The notes beneath the pieces are model-generated. The model saw only the letters and a program-made list of their open reading frames with translations, ran no database searches and was not told the DNA's origin. Shown here piece by piece: positions 49,251-62,200 of a DNA stretch of 64,000 bases (its first letter is position 1; each line of letters starts with the position of its first letter). The DNA is from Pristiophorus japonicus (taxonomy: Eukaryota): NCBI RefSeq assembly GCF_044704955.1, contig NW_027251843.1, positions 62,001 to 126,000 of the forward strand, in the 5' to 3' direction. Both the position numbers and the translations under genes were made by a program.

Positions 49251-50221
49251 AGGGGCGATGCTGACATTGCAATCCCAGGTACCGGAGGACTGGAGGACTG
49301 CAAACGTGGTACCTTTGTTTAAAAAGGGAGCAAGGGATAGATCGAGTCACTACAGGTCAGTCAGCCTAACCTCGGGGGCGGGATAGGAGGAATCTTCATT
49401 TAACAAAACACGGATTAATCAAGGACAGTCAGCATGGATTTGTTAAGGGAAGGTCGTGTCTGAATAACTTGATTGAATTTTTTGAGGAGATAACAAGGAG
49501 AGTCGATGAGGGCAGTGCGTATGATGCAGTGGATATGGATTTTAACAAGGCTTTTGTTAAGGTCCCACATTACAGACTGGTCACAAAAGTAATAGCCCAT
49601 GGGATCCAGGGCAAAGTGACAAGTTGGATCCAAAATTGGTTCAGAGGCAGTTAGCAAAGGGTAATGGTTGATGGGTGTTTTTCTTACTGGAAGCCTGTAT
49701 CCAGTGTGGTTCCGCAGGGCTCAGTACTGGGTCCCTTGCTTTTTATTAAATGGCGGAGCAGGCTCGAGGGGCAAAATAGCCTACTCCTGCTCATATTTCT
49801 CATGTTCTTATAATAAATGCCGGCCTTGTCAGCAGCGCCCACATTCCATGAATGAATAAAAAACCCATGGGCTGACAGTTCAGGAGAATAGGACACACTT
49901 TCTTCTTTCACCCTCAACCATCATCACTGAAACAGATTATCAGCTCATTATCACATTGCTGTTTGTGGGATCTTGCTGTGCACAAATTGGCTGCCACGTT
50001 ACAACAGTGACTACACTTCAAAAAGTACTTCATTGGCTGTAAAGCGCTTTGTCATCCTGAAGATGTGAAAGGCGCTATATAAATGCAAGTCTGTCTTTTT
50101 CTTTCTTTCACCCAACCATAATTCCCAAGGTCACGGGGGAGCGAGTGGAACTCTCCCTAGTTTCATTTTCCTTCAAAATATCAAATACCTGGAATGAGAA
50201 AAGGCCTTTTACCCATTAGCT

Positions 50222-50357
50222 CATTTAATCCCCTCCCACACACCATGTACACCCGACCCTATAATGGACCCTACCACCCATTTAATCCCCTCCCACACAC
50301 CATGTACACCCGACCCTATCATGGACTCTCCCACCCATTTAATCCCCTCCCTCACAC
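50222..50357. repeat. 57-bp tandem repeat, ~2.4 copies
   Basis: CATTTAATCCCCTCCCACACACCATGTACACCCGACCCTAT... repeated. Confidence 0.85.
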
Positions 50358-50387
50358 GGTGCAGAATCTCTATGATCACGGACTCTA

Positions 50388-53300
50388 TGGGGAATAAATT
50401 CGATAGGCCCTGCAAATGGGCGCGAGGATCATGATGCGGGATTAACCCACGCCCGTAGCTCCCGATGCAGGCAGCAAGCTAACGTTGTGCTGCCTGCTAA
50501 CCTACATGATTGGTGCGTGCACCCAGCACTAACTGTGCTGTTGAGTGGCTACAGGCCTCAGCGCCCGGGGCCCAAGGTTGTGTGAGGCTGGCACCAGTTA
50601 AAGCTGGCCTGCACCTCTTAATGGACAAGTGAAATGTGTCTGGAGCAGGTGCTGGAAGTGGCTGTGGAAGACATTCTGACCTAGACCAAGACGTACTGAT
50701 GACACAACAGGGGAGAGAGCCGGCTCCAAGATCCTCCAGCGCTGCACTGGAGGCCTTGGAGGAGGAGGTGCCGAGGGGGAGAGATGTTCTCTACTCACAG
50801 GGGGCAAGGAGACTTCACCAGACAAACGTTTCGAAGGCAGTGACTCCAGGATCCGAGGACCGGGATGCAGTGCCGCCAAATGTTCAATGACCTCATGAGG
50901 ATGGTCAATGTCGGTGAATTCATTTTCAAATGCCGTGTCCCACCAACTGCTCCACTAGTCTCACACATTGCTCAATGCACCACACCCCCATCACCCACTA
51001 CCAACAATCTCTAGCAATCAGGACTCATGTACAAGAACATAAGGAATAGGAGCAGGAGTGGGCCATACGGCCCCTCGAGCTGGTCCACCATTCAATAAGA
51101 TCATGGCTGATTTGATCTTGGCCTCACCTCCACTTTCCTGCCTGTTCCCCATAACGCAAGAATCTGTCTATCTCAGCCTTAAATATATTCAATGATCCAG
51201 CCTCCATAGATCTCTGGGGAAGAGAATTCCAAATATTCACGACCCGCCGAGAGAAGAAATTCCTCCTCATCTCCATCTTAAATGGGGACCCCTTATTCTA
51301 AGACTATGCCCCCTAGTTCCAGATTCCCCCATGAGGGGAAACATCCACACTCACAGCTTCACCTCACCCTCACACACTTAGATTCTGCTGCAAGCCTCAT
51401 GCCCACATCTCACAGCTTGCACATACTGCCAGCTATTCAACCATGGCACATCACCCAAACACATGGCACCACACTCACCGATACACTTCCCTCTCTTGCA
51501 GAGCAAGGTGGCCCAGAACCCGAGGCAGCAGGAGCTCAGTGGCGGGGGGCAGGCGCGCCCAGATGTCCTTACCCCCGTGGAGGAGACGGTGCTCGCCATC
51601 ATTGGCGTGCCCATCGCTGAGCTCGTGGCCAGTGGCGGGGCAGAAACATAGAAGATGATGGTATGGCCGTACCTAATCCTCCTTCTCACATCCCACGTCC
51701 CCCTCAGTCCACAATCCCTTCTGATTTACAAGCTGCAGATGGTGTAAAGCATGACCCTCTTACAGCGACCCCCCCACCACCCTCCCCGCACTGCAACCCT
51801 CCCCTTGTACCTTTCTCCTTTTACATACCCAGGAACTGCCACTTGGCCAGGCAGTGTTGGAAGAGCAAGAGGTGGAAAAGACAGAAGACATGATGGTGAA
51901 GACACACCGTCCCTCCATTTCACACTCGCAGCCACCAGCTCAGATACTGACACTGCGTATAATGTAGAGGGTAGTGTGGAGGCACGTGGTGAGACACCGG
52001 GCACGAGGGGCCTGCAGCCAGGGCAGGGGGCAAGGGTGGCGCAGGTTCCAGCTCGCCGGAGGGTGATGTCATGTATTCAACCAGCATTGTAACCCATGTA
52101 TAATCTGGCCAAAGTTGTACACTGTGAGAACAATGACCACTAGGTGGGAGACACTCCTAATCTGGGCCTTCAGGTACAAAAGGGGAAGCTCCACCCACCT
52201 TCATCACTTGGAGTGCTAAGGAATAAAGGACAGGTCACAGACTGACCTTCTCTCAAGCATGGGCCTCGTGTGCATTTATACTGTATAGTAAGGACATATC
52301 AGGTGAGGTCACACACGGGTTCTGGTGTAGAGGACTCAGATGAGTACTGCGATGGGCGGGCTACAGAAGAAGGCTGATGGGTATGTACAATGAAATGCTT
52401 GGTGTATTGGGAAGTCTGCCAGAAAGCCTGCACTCAATGTCAAGGAGCACGGAGCAGTCGGGCACCAGCTTGGCACAGGGCTTTGTGCAGAGCTTGGAGC
52501 CCATCCTTTCCAGCACGGAATGGTGGCCCACTCCATTGGGGCCCTTGTGGACCCGGCCATGATGCAGCGTCTGATGGTCGATGTCTCGGCTTCCATTGCA
52601 GCACAAGCAGCAGCCACCCAACGCCATGAAATCTCAGACTGCTGCCATCATGGCTGCAAATTCCAGTGTTCAAAGGGCTTGCAGGGTGTCACAGCAGACC
52701 AGTAATCTGTCCCCCAGGAATGATGCGCCCCCTCCCCCCAGGGGAGTGGCAGTGGCTCCGTGGTGCACAAACCTACTGCCCTCTCTCAGAATGACAGCAT
52801 TTCTAATCCCACCACTGCCACTCCGCCAGTGTCGATGCTGTTGTCTGTCAGCCAGCCAGCCCAGACTGCTGCCGCCAAGGCCGAGGTGGTACAGTCCGCA
52901 GCCGGGCCTTCCAGGCCCAGAGCTGCTCGAGGTCGCTCTCCAAGGCCATCACCAGTCTCCCCAACTGAAAGTCAGCAGCCTTCCAGCAGCCATGCTGCAG
53001 CCCCTGGGGTATCAGTGCATAGGAGCACTCGGACAGGCAAAGACACACACAAGGCAGACACCAAGGGAATGCACAGGGGGATTAGTGGGCTTTTTGATCT
53101 AATATTGGATGCAATGTCGCCCCCACCATCTGGCACCACTGCCCACAGAAGTTTCATGCCCTCAGACCACTGGTCAAGGTCAGGTCGAGCATCTTCAAAA
53201 GCCGTCTCCTACCAACTGCACCACTAACCTCGCACACTGCTCAATGTCCGACCCCCTGCCCCCCACAATCGCTCACGTACCAACAATCTGTACCAAACAC

Positions 53301-54675
53301 CAGGCACACCTCCCAGTCCCAGCCTCACCTCACCCCCTTGGAGAAGACGCTGTAGGCCATTCTTGGCAGGGGCATGGCTGAGATATAAGATGCTGGTATC
53401 CTCGTACGTTATCTTCCTTCTCACGTCCCACTTCCCCCCTCAGAATTAGAATCGCTTCTAATTTACAAGGTGTGCAGGGTGTAAGCAGGCAGCTCTTGCT
53501 TTCCCGCCTCCCCTCACCACAACTCCACCCTTCCTCATTTCACACACCCAAATCCAGCCTGCCCAGCCCACGGGTGACCAAGCAGAGCGAGAGGAGAGTG
53601 AAGGCACACCATCACTCGATTTCTCACTCCCAGCCACCCGCTCCTCAAGGTCGACCAGCAAGGCCATCTGCAGTGTCCCCCACTGAAAGTCAGCAGCCTT
53701 CCAGCAGCCCTGCTGCAGCCCCTGGGGTAGCACTGCGTGACATCAGTACGATAGGCAAAGACACACACAAGACAGTGACTAATGGCGATCAGTTGATCTT
53801 TTGATGTATTATTGGATGCAGATATGGATAAAGTTGGATTGAAAAGTTTGCTTTGTGGGGGCTTTTATTTCAGCATTGTGGCCAAGAGGACGCTGTGATG
53901 GTCAGTAACAGAGGGACGGTAAGGTGTGGGACTAATGCTGAAAGGGGATTGGGGTTGTGGTCACTGGGACCACAGGCGATGATTCGATCCCAGATATCCC
54001 GGCCAGAAAGCGGCTGTCTGGGTTGCCTCCTTCCTTCCACTTCCTCCTCCTCCCTTTGCGAGCAGAAGCTGGAAATCTGAAATAAAGGCAGTAAATGCTG
54101 GAAATACTCAGCAGGTCAGGCAGCATCTTGAGCTGAAACATTAACTCTGTCTCTCTCCATGGATGCTGCCTGGCCTGCTGAGTATTTCCAGCATTCCTGA
54201 TCTTTGCAGGGACCTTTCTTTACCACCCAAGGCCTTGAACATGTCCAGCAGCACCCCTTGCATTCCCTGCACACTGAAAAAGCATTGAACATTTATTGCA
54301 CCAAGCCACTACTTCCATAAAGTATATTGTTTTAAACAGTCCAGAGCTTAAATGCCAACATACCTGAAAGATGTGTGGCCCGTTAAGAAGCACCAACAGC
54401 ATCTGTGCAGGGCTGCTTCACGCCTGCTTTTCTGTGTGTGCTTAGGGCAGGGCCATATGGTGAGCGCAAACGCCCCAATTAACAGTCATGGCTCGAGCCA
54501 GGCATTGGTGTCACCATCTGACAATCCTCATTGTGAGGCGAGTGCTGCCAACGACTGCGGTAAGGCCCTAACCAAAATGGTGGATGACATGTCCCGGGCC
54601 GCAAGCAAGGCGGCTGCGATTATTTCAACAAAACCCTCTAAATGGCTGGCACCACACCGGGGAAATTCTCGGCTA
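50388..54675 (+). mobile_element. Decayed PIF/Harbinger-like DNA transposon with a multi-exon Myb/SANT-like gene
   Basis: REPAPRSSSAALEALEEEV..RDVLY (50700-50900) and KVAQNPRQQELSGGG...LTPVEETVLAIIG (51500-51650) resemble Harbinger Myb-like ORFs. Degenerate GGG..AAATT / AAATT..GGC ends. Confidence 0.6.
52067..52301 (+). mobile_element. Gypsy-type solo LTR (235 bp)
   Basis: TGTCATGTA...ATATCA ends, perfect 5-bp TSD GGTGA, AATAAA. The start resembles the LTR of element A. Confidence 0.88.
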
Positions 54676-54685
54676 AAGAATCATA

Positions 54686-56097
54686 AGTACATAAGAAATA
54701 GGAGCAGGACTAGGCCATTTGGCCCCTCGAGCCTGCTCTGCCAATTAATAAGATCATGGCTGATCTGATCCTGGGCTCAGCTCCACTTCCCTGCCCGCTC
54801 CCCATAATCCTTTACTGCCTTATCGTTCAAAAATCTGTCTATCTCCAACTTAAATATATTCAATGACACAGCCTCCACAACTCTCTCAGGCAGAGAATTG
54901 AACAGATTTACAACCCTCTGAGAGAAGAAATTCCTCCTCATCTCAATTCTAAATGGGTGACCTCTTATTCTTAAACTCTGCCCCCGAGTTCTAGATTCCC
55001 CTATGAGTGGAAACATCCTCTCTGCATCTACCTTGTCGAGCCACCTCAGAATCTTACATGTTTCAAGAAGTTCATCTCTCATTCTTCTAAACTCCAAAGA
55101 GTATAGGTGGAGCAGGCATGGAAGTGGAGCTGAGTACATGATCAGATCAGCCATGATCTTATTGAATGGCGGAGGGGCCTATTTCTTATGTTCTGGTAAC
55201 TTGCTCAACCTTTCTTCATAAGTCAGCCCCTTCATCTCAGGAATCAACCTCGTGAACCTTATCTGAACTGCCTCCAGTGCAAATATATCCCTCCTTATAA
55301 TAAGGGGACCAAAACTGTACACAGTACTCTCGGTGTGGTCTCACCAATACCCTGTACAGATGTAGCAGGACTTCCCTGCTTTTATACTCCATCCCCCTTG
55401 CAATTAAGGCCAACATTCCATTTGCCGTCCTGATTACTTGCTGTGCTTGCATACTAACTTTTTGTGTTTCATGCGCAAGGACCCCCAGGTCCCTCTGTAT
55501 TGCAGCATTTTGTAATCTCTCTCCATTTAAATAATAATTTGCTATTCGATTTTTTACACTCGGTCCCTTCATACAAGTTATTACCATAGATTGTAAATAG
55601 TTGAGGCCCCAACACCGATCCCTGTGAAACCCCACTAGTTACCGTTTGCCTACCAGAAAATGACCCATTTATCCTGACTCCCTGTTTTCTGCGAGTTAAC
55701 CAATCCTCTATCCATGCTAATATATTAGCACCAAACCCATGTTCTCTTATCGTGAGTGGTAATCTTTTATGTGGTATCTTATTGAATCCCTTCTAGAAAT
55801 CCAAATACACCACATCCACTTGTTCCCCCATAGCCACCCTGCGTGTTACGTCCTCAAAGAACTCCAACAAATGTGTCAAGCATGATTTCACTTTCATAAA
55901 AACAGGCTGACTCTGCTTGATTGAATTCTGCTTTCCCAAATGTCCTGCTACTGCTTCCTTGATAATGAACTCCAGCATTTTCCCAACGACAGATGTTAGA
56001 CTAACTGGTCTATATTCCTGCTTTCTGTCTCCCTTTTTTAAATAAGGGCGTTATATTTGCGGTTTTCCAATCTGCTGGGACCTCTCCAGAATTTGGT
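54686..56097 (-). mobile_element. CR1 RT/3' fragments (continue at 58983-59120)
   Basis: CR1 ORF2 motifs in ORFs 54777-55154, 55237-55635 and 55793-55978. Confidence 0.85.
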
Positions 56098-58800
56098 ACA
56101 TAAGAACATAAGAATATAAGAATTAGGAACAGGAGTAGGCCATCTCGCCCCTCGAGCCTGCTCCGCCATTCAACAAGATCATGGCTGACCTGGCCGTGGA
56201 CTCAGCTCCACTTACCCGCCCGCTCCCCATAATCCTTAATTCCCTTATTGTTAAAAATCTATCTATCTGTGACTTGAATACATTCAATGAGCTAGCCTGA
56301 ACTGCTTCCTTGGGCAGAGAATTCCACAGATTCACAACCCTCTGGGAGAAGAAATTCCTTCTCAACTCGGTTTTAAATTGGCTCCCCCGTATTTTGATGC
56401 TGTGCCCCCTAGTTCTAGTCTCCCCAACCAGTGGAAACAACCTCTCTGCCTCTATCTTGTCTATCCCTTTCATTATTTTAAATGTTTCTATAAGATCACC
56501 CCTCATCCTTCTGAACTCCAACGAGTAAAGACCCAGTCTACTCAATCTATCATCATAAGGTAACCCCCTCATCTGCGGAATCAGCCGAGTGAATCGTCTC
56601 TGTACCCCCTCCAAAGCTAGTATATACTTCCTTAAGTATGGTGACCAAAACTGCACGCAGTACTCCAGGTGCGGCCTCACCAATACCCTATACAGTTGCA
56701 GCAGGACCTCCTTGCTTTTGTACTCCATCCCTCTCGCAATGAAGGCCAACATTCCATTTGCCTTCCTGATTACCTGCTGCACCTGCAAACTAACATTTTG
56801 TGATTCATTCACAAGGACCCCCAGGTCCCTCTGCAACGCAGCATGTTGTAATTTCTCCTCATTCAAATAATATTCACTTTTACTGTTTTTTTTTCCAAGG
56901 TGGATGACCTCACATTTTCCGACATTGTATTCCATCTGCCAAACCTTAGCCCATTCGCTTAACCTATCTAAATCTCTTTGCAGCCTCTCTGTGTCCTCTA
57001 CACAACCCGCTTTCCCACTAATCTTTGTGTCATCTGCAAATTTTGTTACACTACACTCTGTCCCCTCTTCCAGGTCATCTATGTATATTGTAAACAGTTG
57101 TGGCCCCAGCACCAATCCCTGTGGCACACCACTAATCACCGATTGCCAACCTGAAAAGGACCCATTTATCCCAACTCTCTGCTTTCTGTTAGTTAGCCAA
57201 TTCTCTATCCATGCTAATACATTTCCTCTGACTCCGCGTACCTTTATTTTCTGCAGTAACCTTTTATGTGGCACCTTGTCGAATGCCTTTTGGAAATCCA
57301 AATACTCTACATCCATCGGTACACCTCTATCCACCTTGCTCATTATATCCTCAAAGAATTCCGGTAAATTAGTTAAACATGATTTCCCCTTCATGAATCC
57401 ATGTTGCGTCTGCTTGATTGCACTATTCCTATCTAGATGTCCGGCCATTTCTTCCTTAATGATCGCTTCAAGCATTTTCCCCACTACAGATGTTAAACTA
57501 TCCGGCCTTTAGTTAACTGCCTTTTTTCTGCCCCCTTTTTTAAACAGAGTTCAGAGAATTTTGGTAGATTATAACGAATGCATCTGCTATAACATCCGCC
57601 ATCTATTTTAATACCCTGGGATGCATTTCATGAGGACCAGGGGACTTGTCTACCTTGAGTCCCATTAGCCTGTCCAGCACTACCCACCTAGTGATAGTGA
57701 TTGTCTCAAAGTCCTCACTTCCCACATTCCCATGACCAGCAATTTTTGGCATGGTTTTTGTGTCTTCCACTTTGAAGACCGAAGCAAAATAATTGTTTAA
57801 GGTCTCAGCCATTTCCACATTTCCCATTATTAAATCCCCCATCTCATCTTCTAAGGGACCAACATTTACATTAGTCACTCTTTTCCGTTTTATATATCGG
57901 TAAAAGCTTTTACTATCTGTTTTTATGTTTTGCGCAAGTTTACTTTGATAATCGATCTTTCCTTTCCTTATTGCTTTCTTAGTCATTCTTTGCTGTCGTT
58001 TAAAATTTTCCCAATCTTCTTGTTTCCCACTAACCTTGGCCACCTTATATGCATTGTTTTTAATTTGATACTCTCCTTTATTTCCTTGGTTATCCATGGC
58101 TGGTTATCCTTTCTCTTACCGACCATCTTTTTCACTGGAATATATTTTTGTTGAGCACTATGAAAGAGCTCCTTAAAAGTCCTCCACTGTTCCTCAAGTG
58201 TGCCACCGTTTAGTCTGTGTTGCCAGTCTACTTTAGCCAACTCTGCCCTCATCCCACTGTAGTCCCCTTTGTTTAAGCATAGTATGCTCGTTTGAGACAC
58301 GACTCCCTCACCCTCAATCTGTATTATAAATTCAACCATACTGTGATCACTCATTCCGAGAGGATCTTTTACAAGGAGATCGTTTATTATTCCTGTCTCA
58401 TTACACAGGACCAGATCTAAGATAGCTTGCTCCCTTGTAGGTTCTGTAACATACTGTTCTAAGAAACAATCCCGTATGCATTCTATGAATTCCTCTTCAA
58501 GGCTACCCTGTGCGATTTGATTTGACCAATCGGTATGTAGGTTAAAATCCCCCATGATTACTGCCGTTCCTTTTTCACATGCCTCCATTATTCCCTTGAT
58601 TATTGTCCGCCCCACTGTGAAGTTATTATTTGGGGGCCTATAAATTACGCCCACCAGTGACTTTTTCCCCTGACTATCTCTAATCTCCATCCACAATGAT
58701 TCAACATTTTGTTTATTAGATCCAATATCATCTCTCACAACTGCTCTGATATCATCCTTTATTAACAGAGCTAGCCCACCTCCTTTCCCTTCTTGTCTAT
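56098..58800 (-). mobile_element. Younger CR1 ORF2 copy (endonuclease to 3' tail) nested in an older CR1
   Basis: ORFs 57983-58738, 57603-58097 and 56123-57484 (453 aa, FADD), with a (TTCTTATG)-type tail. Confidence 0.93.
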
Positions 58801-59227
58801 CTTTTGAAGGGCGGTAAGAGAAGGGATAACCAGGCGTGGATAACCAAGGAAATAAAGGAGAGTATCAAATTAAAAACCAATGAGTATAAGGTGGCCAAGG
58901 TTAGTGGGAAACTAGAAAATTGGGAAAATTTTAAACGACAGCAAAGAATGACTAAGAAGCAATAAAGAAAGGAAAGATAGATTTCAACCAATGCATCCAC
59001 AATTTATGCATCCACTTCATTAAAGACCCTAGGATGCTGGCCATCAGGTCCAGGGGACTTGTCCACCTTTAGTTCCATTATTTTACTGAGTACTTTTTCA
59101 CGAATGGTAGCGATTGTTTTCTCAGCACAGAATCTCTCCCAGCCAGGATCTCAGAACACACTGTTCTTCAAAAGGGTTCCTGTTTAAGGATTCATGGGAT
59201 TTTGGGGGCGGAGAGAGGGGGCAGTAG

Positions 59228-62200
59228 GACATTGGCTGAAAGGTCTGATTCTGTGAGTAGGACTATGTCAGACTGGTGCTTGACTAGTCTGTGGGGCAGC
59301 TCTCCCACTTTTGGCACAAGTCCTCAGATGTTGGTGAGGAGGACGTTGCAGGGTCAGCACTGAGCCTGGGTCCACTGTCCTAGCCGGTCCGAGCTGCTGT
59401 TATTCTGCCTGATTGGACAGTTATTATTAGATGCTCAGACCACAGCAGAAATCCTCCATGGAAAAAATAACTGAAGAGACTGTCAGATCGGAAGAATGAA
59501 ACTTCACCCACAGAGGAAGTGAAAGAGGGAGGTTGTCACAGCTGTACGTTTGTTAACGACACGGGAGAAAACTGTGAACCACGCTCACAGCCTAGAATCT
59601 TACAGCACAGAAGAAGGCCATTCAGCCCATCGTGCCTGTGCCGGCTCTTTGAAAGAATTACCCAATTATTCCCACTCCTCCCCAGTTAAAGAACATAAGA
59701 AATAGGAGCAGGAGTAGGCCACAGGGCCCCTCGAGCCTGCTCCACTATTTAATACGATCATGGCCGATCCGATCATGGACTCAGGTTAATTCCCAGCCCG
59801 CTCCCCATAACCCCTTATTCCATTGAGTGTTAAGAAACTATCTATCTCTGTCTTAAATATCTTCTCTGACCCAGCTTCCACAGCTCTCTCAGGCAGCGAA
59901 TTCCACAGATTTGCAATCATCTGAGAGAAGAAATTCCTCCTCATCTCAGTGTCCTCTACTCTAAAGACTGATACAAAATATTTGTTCGGAGTTTCTGCCA
60001 TCTCCATGTTTTCCATTATTAATTCCCTCGTTTTGTCCTCTCAGGGATCATCATTTACTTTAGCCACTCTTTTCCTTTTTATATACCTATAGAAACTCTT
60101 GCTATCTGTTTTTATATTTTGTGCTAGTTTACTTTCATAGTCTATCTTCCCTTTCTTAATCACTTTTTTAGTCATTCTTTGCTGGCTTTTAAAAGCTTCC
60201 CAATCTTCAGTCCTCCCACTGGTTTGGGACCCTTTGTATGCCCTTGTTTTTAATTGGATACCGTCCTTTATTTCTTTAGTTAGCCACAGATGGCTATCTT
60301 TTCTTTTACACCATTTCCTCCTCACTGGAATATATTTTTCTTGAGAGTTGTGAAATATCTCCTTATATGTACGCCACTGTTCATCAGCCGTCCTATACTT
60401 TAATCTATTTTCCCAGTCCACTTTAGCCAACTCTGCCCTCATACCTTTGTAGTCTCCTTTATTTAAGCTTAGTACGCTGGTTAGAGATCCAACTTTCTCA
60501 CCCCCCCACCCCATCTGAATTTGAAATTGAACCATGTTATCATCACTCAGTCCAAGGGTATCCTTTACTAGGAGATTGTTTATTAATACTGTCTCATTAC
60601 ATAGGACCAGATCTAAGATAGCCTGCCCCCTGGTTGGTTCCGTTACATACTGCTCAGGGAATCCATCTCTTATGCACTCTATGAACTCTTCCTCAAGACT
60701 ACCCTGCCTGATTTGATTTATCCAATCAATGTGGAGGTTAAAATCACCCATGATTATTGCTGTTCACTTTTTACAAGCCACCACTATTTCTTGCTTTATA
60801 CTCCGACCAACAGAGTTGCTTCTGCTAGGGGGCCTATAGACTACGCCCATCAGTGACTTTTTCCCTTTATTATTCCTTATCTCCATCCAAACTGTTTCAA
60901 CATCCTGATCATTTGAGCCAATATCATTTCTCACTATTGCAGTGATTCCATCCTTTATCAATGGAGCAACCCCACCTCCTTTACATTTCTGTCTGTCCTT
61001 CCGGATTGTCAAGGACTCCTGAGTATTTAGTTCCCAGTCCTGGTCACCTTGCAACCACGTCTCTGTAATGGCTATCAGATCATATTCATTTGTATCTATT
61101 TGTGCCGTCAACTCATCTATTTTCTAATTTAGACAAAGAGTCTTTGAATTTGTTTTTTACCCTTTTTATCTGCTTGTTTCCTCTCTCCTTCAAACTCACT
61201 TTATTTATTTTTGCTTTCTAATTCCAGCTTTAGTCCCCTCCCTACTGAATCTATTCTCAGGTTCCCATCCCCCTTCCAAGCTAGTTTAAACCCTCCCCAA
61301 CATGACTAACAAATGCTCCCCTCGAGGATATTGTCCCGGCTCTGTTGAGGAGCAACCCGGCCGGTTTGTAGAGGTCCCACCTCCCCAGAAACGGTCTCAA
61401 TGCCTCAGGAAACTAAAGCGTCCCACCTGCACCATCTCTCCAGCCACGCATTCATCTGCTCTATCCTCCTGTTTCTGTATTCACTAGCTCGTGGCACCGG
61501 GAGTAATCCGGAGATTAGAGAATAATTAGAGATTAAAGATTCTGAGAGAAGAAATTCTTCCTCATCTCACTCTCACCTCAGTTCCCTAGTTCTAGTCTCC
61601 CCTATCAGTGGAAACATCCTCTCTGCATCCACCTTGTCAAGCCCCCTCATAATCTTACATGTTTCGATAAGATCACCTCTCATTCTTCTGAATTCCAATG
61701 AGTAGATGCCCAACCTACTCAACCTTTCCTCAAAAGACAATCCCCCTCAGCTCTGGAATCAATCTAGTGAACCTTCTCTGAACTGCCTCCAAAGCAAGTA
61801 TATCCTTTCTTAAATATGGAAACCAAAATTGCACGCAGTATTCCTCACCAATACCCTATATAACTGAAGCAAGACTTCCCTGCTTTTATATTTCATTCCC
61901 ACTGCAATAATGGCCAAGAAACCATTGGCCTTCCTGATCACTTGCTGTACCCGCATACTATCCTTTTGTGTTTCATGCACAATTACCCCCAGGTCCCGCT
62001 GTACTACAGCACTTTGCAATTTTTCTCTATTCGAATAAAACTTGCTCTTTGATTTTTTTCTGCCAATGTGCATAACCTCACACTTTCCAACATGATACTG
62101 AATCTGCCAAATTTTTGCCAGCTCACTTTGCCTGTCTATGCCTTTTTGCAGGTTTTTTGTGTCTTCCTCACACATTGCTTTTACTCCCATCTTTGTATCA

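Noticed and set aside
56123-57484. 453-aa ORF as a host gene
   Set aside because: It is a CR1 reverse transcriptase fragment, and the upstream ORF2 is frameshifted.
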